Source of the DNA: a virus
Reading direction: 5' to 3' (one strand)
IMG/VR virus record: IMGVR_UViG_3300042881_006586
Length of the DNA stretch: 64,000 nucleotides
Part shown: positions 30,706-39,795 of the stretch, in pieces
How positions within the stretch are numbered: position 1 is the stretch's first letter
How the letters are laid out: each line of letters starts with the position of its first letter
Notes under the pieces: model-generated
The model's database searches: none
What the model was told of the DNA's origin: nothing
The model's input: the letters and a program-made list of their open reading frames with translations, nothing else
Translations under genes and position numbers: made by a program

Positions 30706-32187
30706 ATGAGTAATTTATCATTTAATAATTGTAACATTAAAACAGTTAATGGGTTAGTTAATTTTTTTATAAGCTTAGAAGATGAATCTATAGATATTAA
30801 TGGCGATGTTTATGAAATTTTTAAAATTTTCGAAATTAATGATAATACATTAACTCCTGAAAGTTTAATTAATATTTTCGTTAGCCACAAAAAAAGTATT
30901 AGAAGTATTTCAAAATACTTATCAAACAACAAAAATTTTATAGATATTGATAGATTAAATTCATTTATAAGCTACAAATTAACTAACCCAAATGACTCAA
31001 ATAGTAAGACATTCTTAACATTAATGTATGGGGAAAAAATAGGATTAGAAAAATTCTCTCAACAACAAAATAAATTTTCAAAATATTATGATATAAATTA
31101 TTATTTGAGTCAAGGATTTAGTGAAAGTGAGGCAAAAATAAAAATAGAAGAATATAAAAATAAAAAATCAACCACCATTGATAATTTTATAAAAAAATAT
31201 GGAGAAATTAAAGGTGTTGAAAAGTATAATGAGTATGTAGAAAAAAGTAAAAATACTATTAGTAATTTTAAGAAGAGATATGGTGAACAATGGGAAGAAA
31301 AATGGATAAAATACACAAGTAAAGATTCTTCATCAAAATCTTGGGCATTAAAAAAATCTAATGGGGATATTACTCTTGCAGAAAAAATATTTAAAGAGAG
31401 AATAGAAAAAACTACTGTTAATTTAGATTTCCTAATAAAAAAACATGGAGAAATACAAGGTAATATTATATGGAATGAAATAAAGAAGCAAAAAGATGGC
31501 AGTAGTTTGAATTACTATTTATCAAAATATAATGACCTCGAAATTGCAACAGAAGAATATAAAAAAAATAATAAAAGAAAAGATAGCAGCAGTTTAGAAT
31601 TTTTTATTAAAAAATATGGTGACAAAGGACTAATCAAATATAAAGAAAAATGTAAAACTTCTGATAACAAGTCTTTAAACTTTTTTCTTACTAAATACAA
31701 TAATTTTGATGAAGCACTTTTTAATTATATTGAAACTCAAAAAAATCTAAAGGTAAAATTTTTAAAAGCGAGTAAAGCAAGTTTAAAAATACTACAGCCT
31801 CTTTATACTTTTTTAATTGATAATAATATTTTCGATAAAGATGATATATTCTTAGGGATTGAAGGCGTTAAAGAATTTTTTATAAAAACTGTAAACAATA
31901 TTTATTTTTATGATTTTACAATAAAAAGTAAAAAAATAATTGTAGAATACAATGGTAAAGCATGGCATCCAAATTGGGAAAAATACTCTATAGAAGATTG
32001 TATTAAGAATTTCTCTAATAAAAAAATTGATGCAAAAAAAGCTATTGAAAAAGATAAAAATAAAATAAATACTGCAAAAGAAAATGGATTTAACGTTTTA
32101 ATTTTATGGGAAGAGGATGGATACGATTATAATCAACAAAAATTAAAAAATTTTTTAATTCAAAACAATATAAATTATGAAAATTAG
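30706..32187 (+). mobile_element. Free-standing Vsr-like homing endonuclease between the two nrdA halves
   Basis: Repeated K[KR][YH]G motifs; C-terminal FYDF...KIIVEYNGKAWH...AKENGFNVLILWE. Own ATATTTAT motif at 30687. Confidence 0.8.
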
Positions 32188-32869
32188 AAAAATCACTAAA
32201 TTAGAAGAGACACAACCTGTATGGGACATTGAAGTTGAAGATGTTCATCACTATGTTACAGAAAATGGATGTGTTAGCCATAATAGTTCTGCAAAAATCA
32301 CAGGTTCTTATGAAATGACTGAACCTGCTCATTCGGCTATCTTCAACAGAAGGGTTGTTGGAGGTGAAATTTTGATAGTAAATAAATACTTGATATCAGA
32401 CTTTGAAAAGATTGGCATTTGGAGTGAAGAGTTGAAAAATGATATTATTATGAATGAAGGTTCAATTCAAAATATTAATTTCAATAGCTATTTAGACCCT
32501 GAAGATAAAAAGTATGATTCAAAGGTAAAAAGGATTGAACATTTGATTAAAAAGTATAAGACGATATGGGAAATCTCTCAAAGGGAGCTTATTGATATGG
32601 CTGCAGATAGAGCTCCATTTATTGACCAATCTCAATCGATGAATATCTATATGTCAAATCCGACTTTATCAAAAATAACTTCAGCTCATTTTCATGGATG
32701 GCAAAAAGGATTGAAGACCTTATGTTATTACCTTAGAACAAAAGCGATTTCAACAGGGGCAAAACATCTTGCTTTGGATATTTCAAAATATGAAAAGACT
32801 GAAGCTCCAACAATAGTTCCAACGAAGCCTAAAGATTCTCCTTTTGACTGTTTTGGTTGTTCCTCATAA
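32177..32869 (+). CDS. nrdA: Split-intein C half (36 aa) fused to the RNR large subunit C-terminal part
   Basis: MKIRKI...VWDIEVEDVHHYV...VSHN|SSAKITG, then FIDQSQSMN, GLKTLCYYLRT and terminal CFGCSS. Confidence 0.95.
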   Translation: MKIRKITKLEETQPVWDIEVEDVHHYVTENGCVSHNSSAKITGSYEMTEPAHSAIFNRRVVGGEILIVNKYLISDFEKIGIWSEELKNDIIMNEGSIQNINFNSYLDPEDKKYDSKVKRIEHLIKKYKTIWEISQRELIDMAADRAPFIDQSQSMNIYMSNPTLSKITSAHFHGWQKGLKTLCYYLRTKAISTGAKHLALDISKYEKTEAPTIVPTKPKDSPFDCFGCSS

Positions 32870-32876
32870 AAATATT

Positions 32877-32909
32877 GGGAGATAATGGAAATTATCTCCC
32901 TTTTTTTTT
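32877..32909 (+). terminator. Strong intrinsic terminator after nrdA-C
   Basis: GGGAGATAAT-GGAA-ATTATCTCCC followed by T9. Confidence 0.9.
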
Positions 32910-32939
32910 GAACATTTATATTTATATTAAAAGAACAAT

Positions 32940-33134
32940 ATGGGATACTATAATGTAAATGAATGTAGTGGAGCTGTCTGTGATGGCAAGAACACTAAAA
33001 ATCTTTTAGGTAAAGAAAACAATGAGGAAACTCAGCGTTTCGTTGATTTGTTTCGTAACAGATTCCAAGAATGTTGGCAAATGGAAAACAATGAATGTTG
33101 GCAACAAGAGAACGGTGAACCTTGGTATAAATAA
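32940..33134 (+). CDS. Small protein with Trp-periodic C-terminus
   Basis: 64 aa, TATTTAT at 32919, ends CWQMENNECWQQENGEPWYK. Confidence 0.65.
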   Translation: MGYYNVNECSGAVCDGKNTKNLLGKENNEETQRFVDLFRNRFQECWQMENNECWQQENGEPWYK

Positions 33135-33141
33135 TTAAAAT

Positions 33142-33525
33142 ATGGCGGATATAAATAATTTAGGTATAACATTTCCTTATCAAGAGGACTTGACAGGAAA
33201 GTTTTTGAAAATGAATCAAAATGATAAGGATGAATTGAAAAGCAAAATTGCATTCCTTATTACCACTCAAAAGAACCAAAGACTTTACAAACCTGACTTC
33301 GGCTTAAATATTGAACAGTTTCTATTTATGCCTATGGATGAAATGACTTACAATCAAGTGAGGCAAGAAATCATTAATACTGTTGAGAAATACTTAACAG
33401 ATGTAAAAATTGAAAACGTTCAATTGGATGTTAGCGAATCTCAAAATCTTATTGGACTTCAAATAAGATATTCTATCACTGATGGAATTTTGAAAGATAA
33501 TGATGAATTAAAAATATTATTCTAA
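33142..33525 (+). CDS. gp25-like baseplate wedge / sheath initiator
   Basis: GITFP...LITTQKNQRLYKPDFG..IEQFLF...I..TVEKYL. Confidence 0.88.
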   Translation: MADINNLGITFPYQEDLTGKFLKMNQNDKDELKSKIAFLITTQKNQRLYKPDFGLNIEQFLFMPMDEMTYNQVRQEIINTVEKYLTDVKIENVQLDVSESQNLIGLQIRYSITDGILKDNDELKILF

Positions 33526-33580
33526 AAAAGAAATGCTCCCTTGAAAGAGGGAGCATCGACTTTGAAATACTATTTCAAAG
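33524..33580 (-). terminator. Double hairpin between convergent genes
   Basis: ATGCTCCCTT-GAAA-GAGGGAGCAT (U tail on the minus strand) plus palindrome CTTTGAAATA-C-TATTTCAAAG. Confidence 0.7.
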
Positions 33581-33584
33581 GGGG

Positions 33585-34079
33585 TTATTTTGCCTGAGTA
33601 GTACCTGCAGCAGGAGTTGTAGTCTGAGCCGTTGCAGCTTGTTTATTAGCTAAACCTTGAGAGTTTGCGCTTCTTTGCATTCCTGCAACTAAACTATAAA
33701 ATTTCATCCCTGCAGCTCTTATAGTTTGTATGGCATTTAAATATTCATCGGATGTAGCAAGTAATGTATCAATTTGCGCTTTATATTCAGGAGCACCATT
33801 AGTTTGCAAAGCAGATATGGCTTGTTTAAATTTAGTAACTTCAATCAATCCACTATTTAATGCTGTTGAAACATTACTATACCTTGTAAGTACCTGTGTT
33901 GCATATTTTTGGATTTGAGCATTATTTTTGTCAGTCCTAAGACGTGCACCTAAACCTGCAGCGATTCCTTGTAATTTTGCATTAACAGCATTAATTACAT
34001 TTTCCTGTTTAATACTTTTTTTCTCTTCTTTAATAACTGTTTTTACAATTTGTCTGAGTTCTCTTAGTGTAATCTTCAT
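33585..34079 (-). CDS. Leader-family protein 1 (MKITLRELRQIVKTVIKEE) with Ala/Gln/Thr-rich helical body
   Basis: Shared N-terminal motif; minus-strand TATTTAT at 34093-34099. Confidence 0.75.
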   Translation of the reverse strand: MKITLRELRQIVKTVIKEEKKSIKQENVINAVNAKLQGIAAGLGARLRTDKNNAQIQKYATQVLTRYSNVSTALNSGLIEVTKFKQAISALQTNGAPEYKAQIDTLLATSDEYLNAIQTIRAAGMKFYSLVAGMQRSANSQGLANKQAATAQTTTPAAGTTQAK

Positions 34080-34122
34080 AATATTTTTACTAATAAATAT
34101 CTTAATGTTTTAGAATATTGAA

Positions 34123-34827
34123 TTATTTTTTATAATAATATTCAGTATTTTTACTTTGGATATACTGTTTTGTATCAACATCCATAAGAGTCAATTTACC
34201 ACCACATTTTATACCTGTATCAACATTAATAAGGTTTGATACAAAATCAGGTTTAAAATTTCTTGTTGTGGAATGACCGATAAAAATTTCATCGATAATA
34301 ATTCCTGTGTCTTTAAATGATACAGGAATTTTTCTTTTTTGTTGATGATAAGTCTTCGCAAGGGAGTAAAGTTTTCTATTCAAAGAAAACTTTCTTCTTC
34401 TTTGGGAATCTATAGCTCTCTTAGGGTTAAATCCTCCATGTAAGAAGATTTTGTTATCATGTACATGATAGTAGTCAGCTTTTGAAAAATATGTCTTTAG
34501 ATTGGAAATTATGTGAGGATTATTTAATTTCTCAATAGTGCTTACTCCTCCTGAAGGAATCCATTCTTCATTTATTGTTCCATATTTAAGAAACTCCATA
34601 AGGAAAAAATCGTGATTTCCTATGATGGGTATAAAGTTGTCAAAAGATAACAACAGTTCTAAGCATTTATCAAAATCAGGGAGTCCATCAGCTAAATCCC
34701 CAATGAAGATTATTTTATCATCTTTTTTATTAATATTTCCTTTGGTTAACAAATCTTCCAAAGGTAAATAAGCACCATGTATATCACCTATAACATAAGT
34801 TTTACTTTTAGATTTTCTACCTTTCAA
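34123..34827 (-). CDS. Calcineurin-like metallophosphoesterase (phage Ser/Thr phosphatase type)
   Basis: GDIHG, GDLAD, GNHD, HGG, GHS, VDTG. TTG start. Confidence 0.88.
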   Translation of the reverse strand: MKGRKSKSKTYVIGDIHGAYLPLEDLLTKGNINKKDDKIIFIGDLADGLPDFDKCLELLLSFDNFIPIIGNHDFFLMEFLKYGTINEEWIPSGGVSTIEKLNNPHIISNLKTYFSKADYYHVHDNKIFLHGGFNPKRAIDSQRRRKFSLNRKLYSLAKTYHQQKRKIPVSFKDTGIIIDEIFIGHSTTRNFKPDFVSNLINVDTGIKCGGKLTLMDVDTKQYIQSKNTEYYYKK

Positions 34828-34845
34828 ACACTTTTAATATAAATA

Positions 34846-37800
34846 TCAAAAGGGTAGAGCATACTCATCATTTTTCATGCAAACTTGATAATTAAGATTG
34901 TTCATAGAGTCTTCCATAAGGCATACTTTTCTTTCCTCATCAGTCATATCCTCTAAGTGTTTATTAGCTAAATCCACTTTTCTCAAAGGAATAATTTCAT
35001 ATTTGGAAATTTCTTTTGGTGAAAGATTGGTAATAGCATAAGTGTTCACATTTTTATTTTTTACTTTCTTAGAACCAACTCTTTCAAATTCATAATAGTC
35101 ATGAATCAATCTCATAGAGTTTCTGCTATTAAGTTTATACATACTGAGGATAGGTAAATCACTTCTGAATTTATTTAGTCTATTAGCCAATTCTTCATTT
35201 GTTATAGCTCTACCATTTTCATATAATTCATTAGCCCATTTTTGCAACTTCCAAGTGAAACTTGCAACTTCATTTATAATCTTAATACCATTTATTTGAT
35301 AATGAATACCATCATCTTCTAAAATTTCTTCAACGTCAAAAAACTGTTTTATAACTTTTACAGATTCCTCTTCTCCGCAAAGGTTATCTTTAAGTTTTAT
35401 CTTTATATTATTTACAAGGTCTTTGATACTTTTTACATCTAAACTAAGATGTTTTTTATCTTTTTTGAGCGTCTTGAATTTAGCAATCAATTCTTTGGCA
35501 AACTCAGAAGTATTATCTTTTGCCTTATCAAAAGATTTCAATTTTCCTGTAAGCTGTATTGTTATTTGGCGAGTAATTTTATTCCAAATCCTATCGCTCA
35601 TTTTATGGTCATTTATCCACTCTTCTACCAAATCGCAAGCAGAATCAAATTCCATATTATTACATAGATATTTTACTTTAGCTCTTAAATTGACTTGATA
35701 AGTAGGTCTTGGAAGTTTTTCCAATTCAAATACTACATCATCTTCAACTTTGTTACAACATTCAATTTCACCTTCATTTCTGATTTGTTCTAATATTTGA
35801 AGAACATCTTGTTGTAATCCTTCTTTTCTTTCAGCTTTTAATTTCTTAATAGTTTCTAATTCTGCAGAATTAATTTCTTCACTGATAATTATTTCATCTT
35901 TAAATTGCCAATTGTATTCATGTAATAATATCTGCATGAATTCTATGTTCTTATTGGCATAGATTTTTTCTTCTTTATAAGCCATATTTGCAATAGAAAG
36001 ATAATCTATTTCCCAAACGCCATTGTTATTTCTATATAGCCCACTTTTACCGAACAATTGTTGGTTAAAAACTTTTATACCTGATTTATAACTTAAACTA
36101 TCGCCTGTGATATAAGCTTTAGAAAAAAGCTCTAATCCTCTTTCAGCAGTTTCAATAAGTTTCTTTTGAACTTCGATAACATCCACATGGTCTGTATCTT
36201 TTTCTCTTACAGCATCAATAGGATTATAGATATAAATCATCGAATCAGAATCCATACTTTTGGTATAGATACTTCTCAAACGATTTACCATTTGTTCCAT
36301 ATTGATAGAACTTTCAGAAGTCATAAAATGTACCGTTTTGAAGTCATCATTTTTAATATTAACCCCTTCCACAATAACTGAAGTACAGATTACAATTTGA
36401 ACATCGTCATCAACAGCTTGATTTCTCATCAATTTGTTAAAATTTTCACTGTTCTTTTCATCTGCATTGATACACCATATTTTCTTTTTGTTCCAACCTT
36501 TCATAATAAGGTAGTCCATCAAAGCACCCATTTGACCTTCTTCTTTTTTGTTTTGAAGATAAATCAAATTTTTACCTTTCTTGGAAAGATTTTGTTCTAT
36601 TGCATAAAGAATATTTGTATATTTCACAGGAGTGCAGGATTTCACAGGAGTCTGTTTCCAATTCACTCTGACAATTTCAAAATCATTGAAAGCAGGATGC
36701 AATACAGGAAACTTTGTTCCTGTGAGCAATCTTCTACTTTTGAAAAGATGCATATTATCAACGATAAAATTTAATTCAAATCCTCTAAATTCAGGATTAG
36801 AACTTACGGCATTATTATGTTCTTCATCGATATATAATGCATAATCAGAAACCTTACAATTTTCCCATTTTTTCATTTGTTTCAACAAATTAGGGAAACT
36901 GCTATATGTACATACAATAAGTTCATCACCCTCATGTACATTCTTTTTATCTCTATAGAAAACTGAAGCATTATAATCGTTATCAATATTCATTAGAAGT
37001 GGGATAATTGGCACGAGAATCAATCTTTTTCCTTTTGTGTGCTCACATATCCAAGTTGTCTTTCCTTGACCTGTATTACCCCAAATAACTTGATTGTCCC
37101 TATCAGGAATATTGAGTTCATTTATATAATGACCATTCTCTAAAAAATATTCTTCAGTTATATTGAATCTTGAGCGGATTTTTTCAGGAGTTAAAACTTT
37201 GATAGTTCTTAATCCAAATTTCCAAGTGTCATTAAGGTAAATTTCATTTGAAACAAAATCACAAACAGACTTCAATTTCTGAATGAAGTTTTTCTTTTCA
37301 AAAGTAGAAATCTTATTATTGATACGAATGATATCGTTAAAGTTTTCATCTGAAATAATGTCTAAGAAATGATTCAAAGAATCTTCTTTTGAAATAGCGT
37401 AAGATTTTGAATTCTTATAATAGTAGTTGAAGTAATGGTAAATATTTTCATTTGAAATAGATTGGAAAATATTGTTAGCCTCATCAACTAATTTGTTAAG
37501 AGTTTTATTCAAGTCTCCACTAAAAGTTCCCATTTCGAGAACTTTCATTGAGTTTTCATTAGCCCATTTGATAAATGATTCCTTTTTGGATTTTAATCCT
37601 TCTTCATTGATAACTTTTACAACTCCAAAGAGAATATTACTATCCCCATAGATTTTATCAACTATTTTATATAAAGAATCATCGAAATCAAGAATTGCCT
37701 CTAAGAATTTAAGAACAGGTTTTTTAAGAATACCATGCTCTTTAGCAGTTCTTACAAACATGCTTATTTTTTTATTTTTTTCGTACAGTTTTCCTTTAAT

Positions 37801-38892
37801 GTTATTCCAAGTATATTCAAGTTTTAAATCTATATCGCTTGAATATTGCTTATATATGGAATAGATAGTATAATCTTTATCTTTAGAAACAATCTTTCTT
37901 AATCCAAATTGATTACTATAATATTTTTTAATATTTGAAACTATTTCAGAATTTACTGCATGGATATCCCTATGCTTAAATAAAGCAGGATAGTTGTTGA
38001 CATTTTCAATCAAATAATTCAAAGCATCATCCAAATCAATACCCATTTGATTACAGAATACAAAGTAATCAAAATAAAATTTGTAAGATATATGATTGTT
38101 AGACCAAGAGGAATCTTTTCTGTATAGGGAATTTAGTTCATACTTTAGAACATCTGAAACAATTTCCAAAGGAATTCCACTTGTTTCGATAGTAATAAAT
38201 TTTTCAGTTTTAGGTTCAACTGCATCAAAAGGAATAATATTTTGTTCATCTCTTATAAAAATTGTTGTGTCATATGGTAAGACATTACATCTTGTAATAT
38301 CTTTTGTTTGTGGGTCTATTACAATATTCCATTGTAAAAACATCTCATTTAATGCTTTCCAAGTAGAAGTAAAGTTATTCAAATTAATATCTGTAACTTT
38401 CACAAGAAAGCCTAATCCATCTCCGCCAAAAGAATCCCAAACAGCTTTAACAAATTTCAAACTGTTTGAAGAAAGTTGTTTTTTTACATAGTCTTTAGCT
38501 TCAGTATTATTTGCAGCTTTACCTGAGTTTATCAGTTTAGAAAAATCATCAACATCACAATAAATATATCCTGAAGGAGCTTGAATTTTATCCTTCATTC
38601 GTTTTTCTTCTACAAAGCAGTTCCATGTGACAACAATACATTCTTTTTGTTTCACATGAGTATAATAATTTCTTCCGACAAATTTAAATTCTCTTTCTTT
38701 AGAATCCCAAAGTCTATCTTTGAATTTTATCAAAGGGTTTTTTTTGCCACCTGTTTCAGGATTAAATTTACAATCCGAAATTAAATCTTTCTTTGGGTTA
38801 TCTTTTATATAATTTAATGCTTCATCTATGGTAAAGCTACCAATGGGTTTCGAACTTTTATCTAAACATTCAAAAGTTGATATTTTTTGCAT
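34846..38892 (-). CDS. BT4734/VirE-N-like (AEP-related) domain fused to a superfamily 2 helicase
   Basis: N-terminal SGYIYCDVD...DSFGGDGL...DPQTKDITRC..PYD. Helicase motifs GNTGQGKT, IDEEH, LTGT, TS...EGVN, QMVNR. Ends LPF. Confidence 0.75.
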   Translation of the reverse strand: MQKISTFECLDKSSKPIGSFTIDEALNYIKDNPKKDLISDCKFNPETGGKKNPLIKFKDRLWDSKEREFKFVGRNYYTHVKQKECIVVTWNCFVEEKRMKDKIQAPSGYIYCDVDDFSKLINSGKAANNTEAKDYVKKQLSSNSLKFVKAVWDSFGGDGLGFLVKVTDINLNNFTSTWKALNEMFLQWNIVIDPQTKDITRCNVLPYDTTIFIRDEQNIIPFDAVEPKTEKFITIETSGIPLEIVSDVLKYELNSLYRKDSSWSNNHISYKFYFDYFVFCNQMGIDLDDALNYLIENVNNYPALFKHRDIHAVNSEIVSNIKKYYSNQFGLRKIVSKDKDYTIYSIYKQYSSDIDLKLEYTWNNIKGKLYEKNKKISMFVRTAKEHGILKKPVLKFLEAILDFDDSLYKIVDKIYGDSNILFGVVKVINEEGLKSKKESFIKWANENSMKVLEMGTFSGDLNKTLNKLVDEANNIFQSISNENIYHYFNYYYKNSKSYAISKEDSLNHFLDIISDENFNDIIRINNKISTFEKKNFIQKLKSVCDFVSNEIYLNDTWKFGLRTIKVLTPEKIRSRFNITEEYFLENGHYINELNIPDRDNQVIWGNTGQGKTTWICEHTKGKRLILVPIIPLLMNIDNDYNASVFYRDKKNVHEGDELIVCTYSSFPNLLKQMKKWENCKVSDYALYIDEEHNNAVSSNPEFRGFELNFIVDNMHLFKSRRLLTGTKFPVLHPAFNDFEIVRVNWKQTPVKSCTPVKYTNILYAIEQNLSKKGKNLIYLQNKKEEGQMGALMDYLIMKGWNKKKIWCINADEKNSENFNKLMRNQAVDDDVQIVICTSVIVEGVNIKNDDFKTVHFMTSESSINMEQMVNRLRSIYTKSMDSDSMIYIYNPIDAVREKDTDHVDVIEVQKKLIETAERGLELFSKAYITGDSLSYKSGIKVFNQQLFGKSGLYRNNNGVWEIDYLSIANMAYKEEKIYANKNIEFMQILLHEYNWQFKDEIIISEEINSAELETIKKLKAERKEGLQQDVLQILEQIRNEGEIECCNKVEDDVVFELEKLPRPTYQVNLRAKVKYLCNNMEFDSACDLVEEWINDHKMSDRIWNKITRQITIQLTGKLKSFDKAKDNTSEFAKELIAKFKTLKKDKKHLSLDVKSIKDLVNNIKIKLKDNLCGEEESVKVIKQFFDVEEILEDDGIHYQINGIKIINEVASFTWKLQKWANELYENGRAITNEELANRLNKFRSDLPILSMYKLNSRNSMRLIHDYYEFERVGSKKVKNKNVNTYAITNLSPKEISKYEIIPLRKVDLANKHLEDMTDEERKVCLMEDSMNNLNYQVCMKNDEYALPF

Positions 38893-38953
38893 CTTGCTAT
38901 TTTTTGCTTTTTATAAATAACTACCCAATTGAGAAAATCGGAGAAATTCACAA

Positions 38954-38984
38954 CAAAGATAAAATCTTTTTTCTTAAAACCAAA
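38954..38984 (-). promoter_or_regulatory. Bacteroidota-type promoter TTTG-N19-TATCTTTG (minus strand)
   Basis: Upstream of the BT4734/SF2 gene. Confidence 0.7.
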
Positions 38985-39014
38985 AGATATTTATTAAATT
39001 TTTTTTGGAGACCT

Positions 39015-39326
39015 TTAAATGCCTTCAGTCAAATATTTTTTGTACAGATTTCTGCTTATTTTCTCATAAGACTTTTCTTCAACAGTTTTATGAGCAGATT
39101 CTATGGTAGCAAGGAATCCGTATTGTTCTTCCTGTTTTTTACTTTTAGAAATTTTACTTTTCAAATATTGTATGTTTAACCAAAAGTGACCTCTTTTTTC
39201 CCATTCAACCTCAATGACATATTTGTAGGTTTTAAATTCACATAGAAACAAATCTCCTACTTTAATATCTTGAAATTTACTTTTAGGAGGCTCTTCTATA
39301 AGAATTTCTTTTTTCTTTCTGCCCAT
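39015..39326 (-). CDS. Hypothetical protein
   Basis: 103 aa, co-oriented with and 4 nt from the Nudix gene. Confidence 0.6.
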   Translation of the reverse strand: MGRKKKEILIEEPPKSKFQDIKVGDLFLCEFKTYKYVIEVEWEKRGHFWLNIQYLKSKISKSKKQEEQYGFLATIESAHKTVEEKSYEKISRNLYKKYLTEGI

Positions 39327-39330
39327 TATT

Positions 39331-39786
39331 TTAAAGTTCTAAAGAATCAACAATTTTTTTCACTTCTAAAAACATTTTCATTTGGGTATCATGGATATTT
39401 AACATTCCTTTAAGAATTGAATCAAAATCTACCCATTCTATTTTATCAAATTCAGGCAAAGATTCGCCTTCTTCGGTATCAAAAAAAGAATTACATTTTA
39501 AATCCTTACATTTTTTATTAGATGCTATTGCTAAATACGGTTTTAAAATTTTTCTTCTACTTTTATAAGGATAAGCATCCAATCGATAAACTTTACATTT
39601 CTTGATATATTCGCTATCAACATTAGTTTCTTCTTTTAGTTCCCTTAAAGCTGTTTGATAATCATTTTCTTCATCTTCTTTTTTTCCTTTTGGGATAGAC
39701 CATTCACTTCCTGAACGAGTTGCTCTACCCATAAGGACACTATTGGATGGTTCGTGAAAAATTACAAAGCCACATGATATTTCCAT
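39331..39786 (-). CDS. Nudix hydrolase
   Basis: WSIPKG then Nudix box GKKEDEENDYQTALRELKEETNV. Confidence 0.9.
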   Translation of the reverse strand: MEISCGFVIFHEPSNSVLMGRATRSGSEWSIPKGKKEDEENDYQTALRELKEETNVDSEYIKKCKVYRLDAYPYKSRRKILKPYLAIASNKKCKDLKCNSFFDTEEGESLPEFDKIEWVDFDSILKGMLNIHDTQMKMFLEVKKIVDSLEL

Positions 39787-39795
39787 TATTTTTCA

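Noticed and set aside
30650-32176. Group I intron or frameshifted pseudogene as the explanation for the nrdA break
   Set aside because: Intein blocks A/B and F/G flank the break exactly, both halves keep catalytic residues, and the 56 nt gap is too short for a ribozyme core.
27523-32869. Eukaryotic or giant-virus origin suggested by the eukaryote-like RNR
   Set aside because: This RNR subtype also occurs in Bacteroidota and their phages; promoters, terminators and the contractile tail are bacterial-phage features.
38648-38663. Second parS-like sequence TGTTTCACATGAGTAT
   Set aside because: Only 11/16 match, not palindromic, and inside a coding region.
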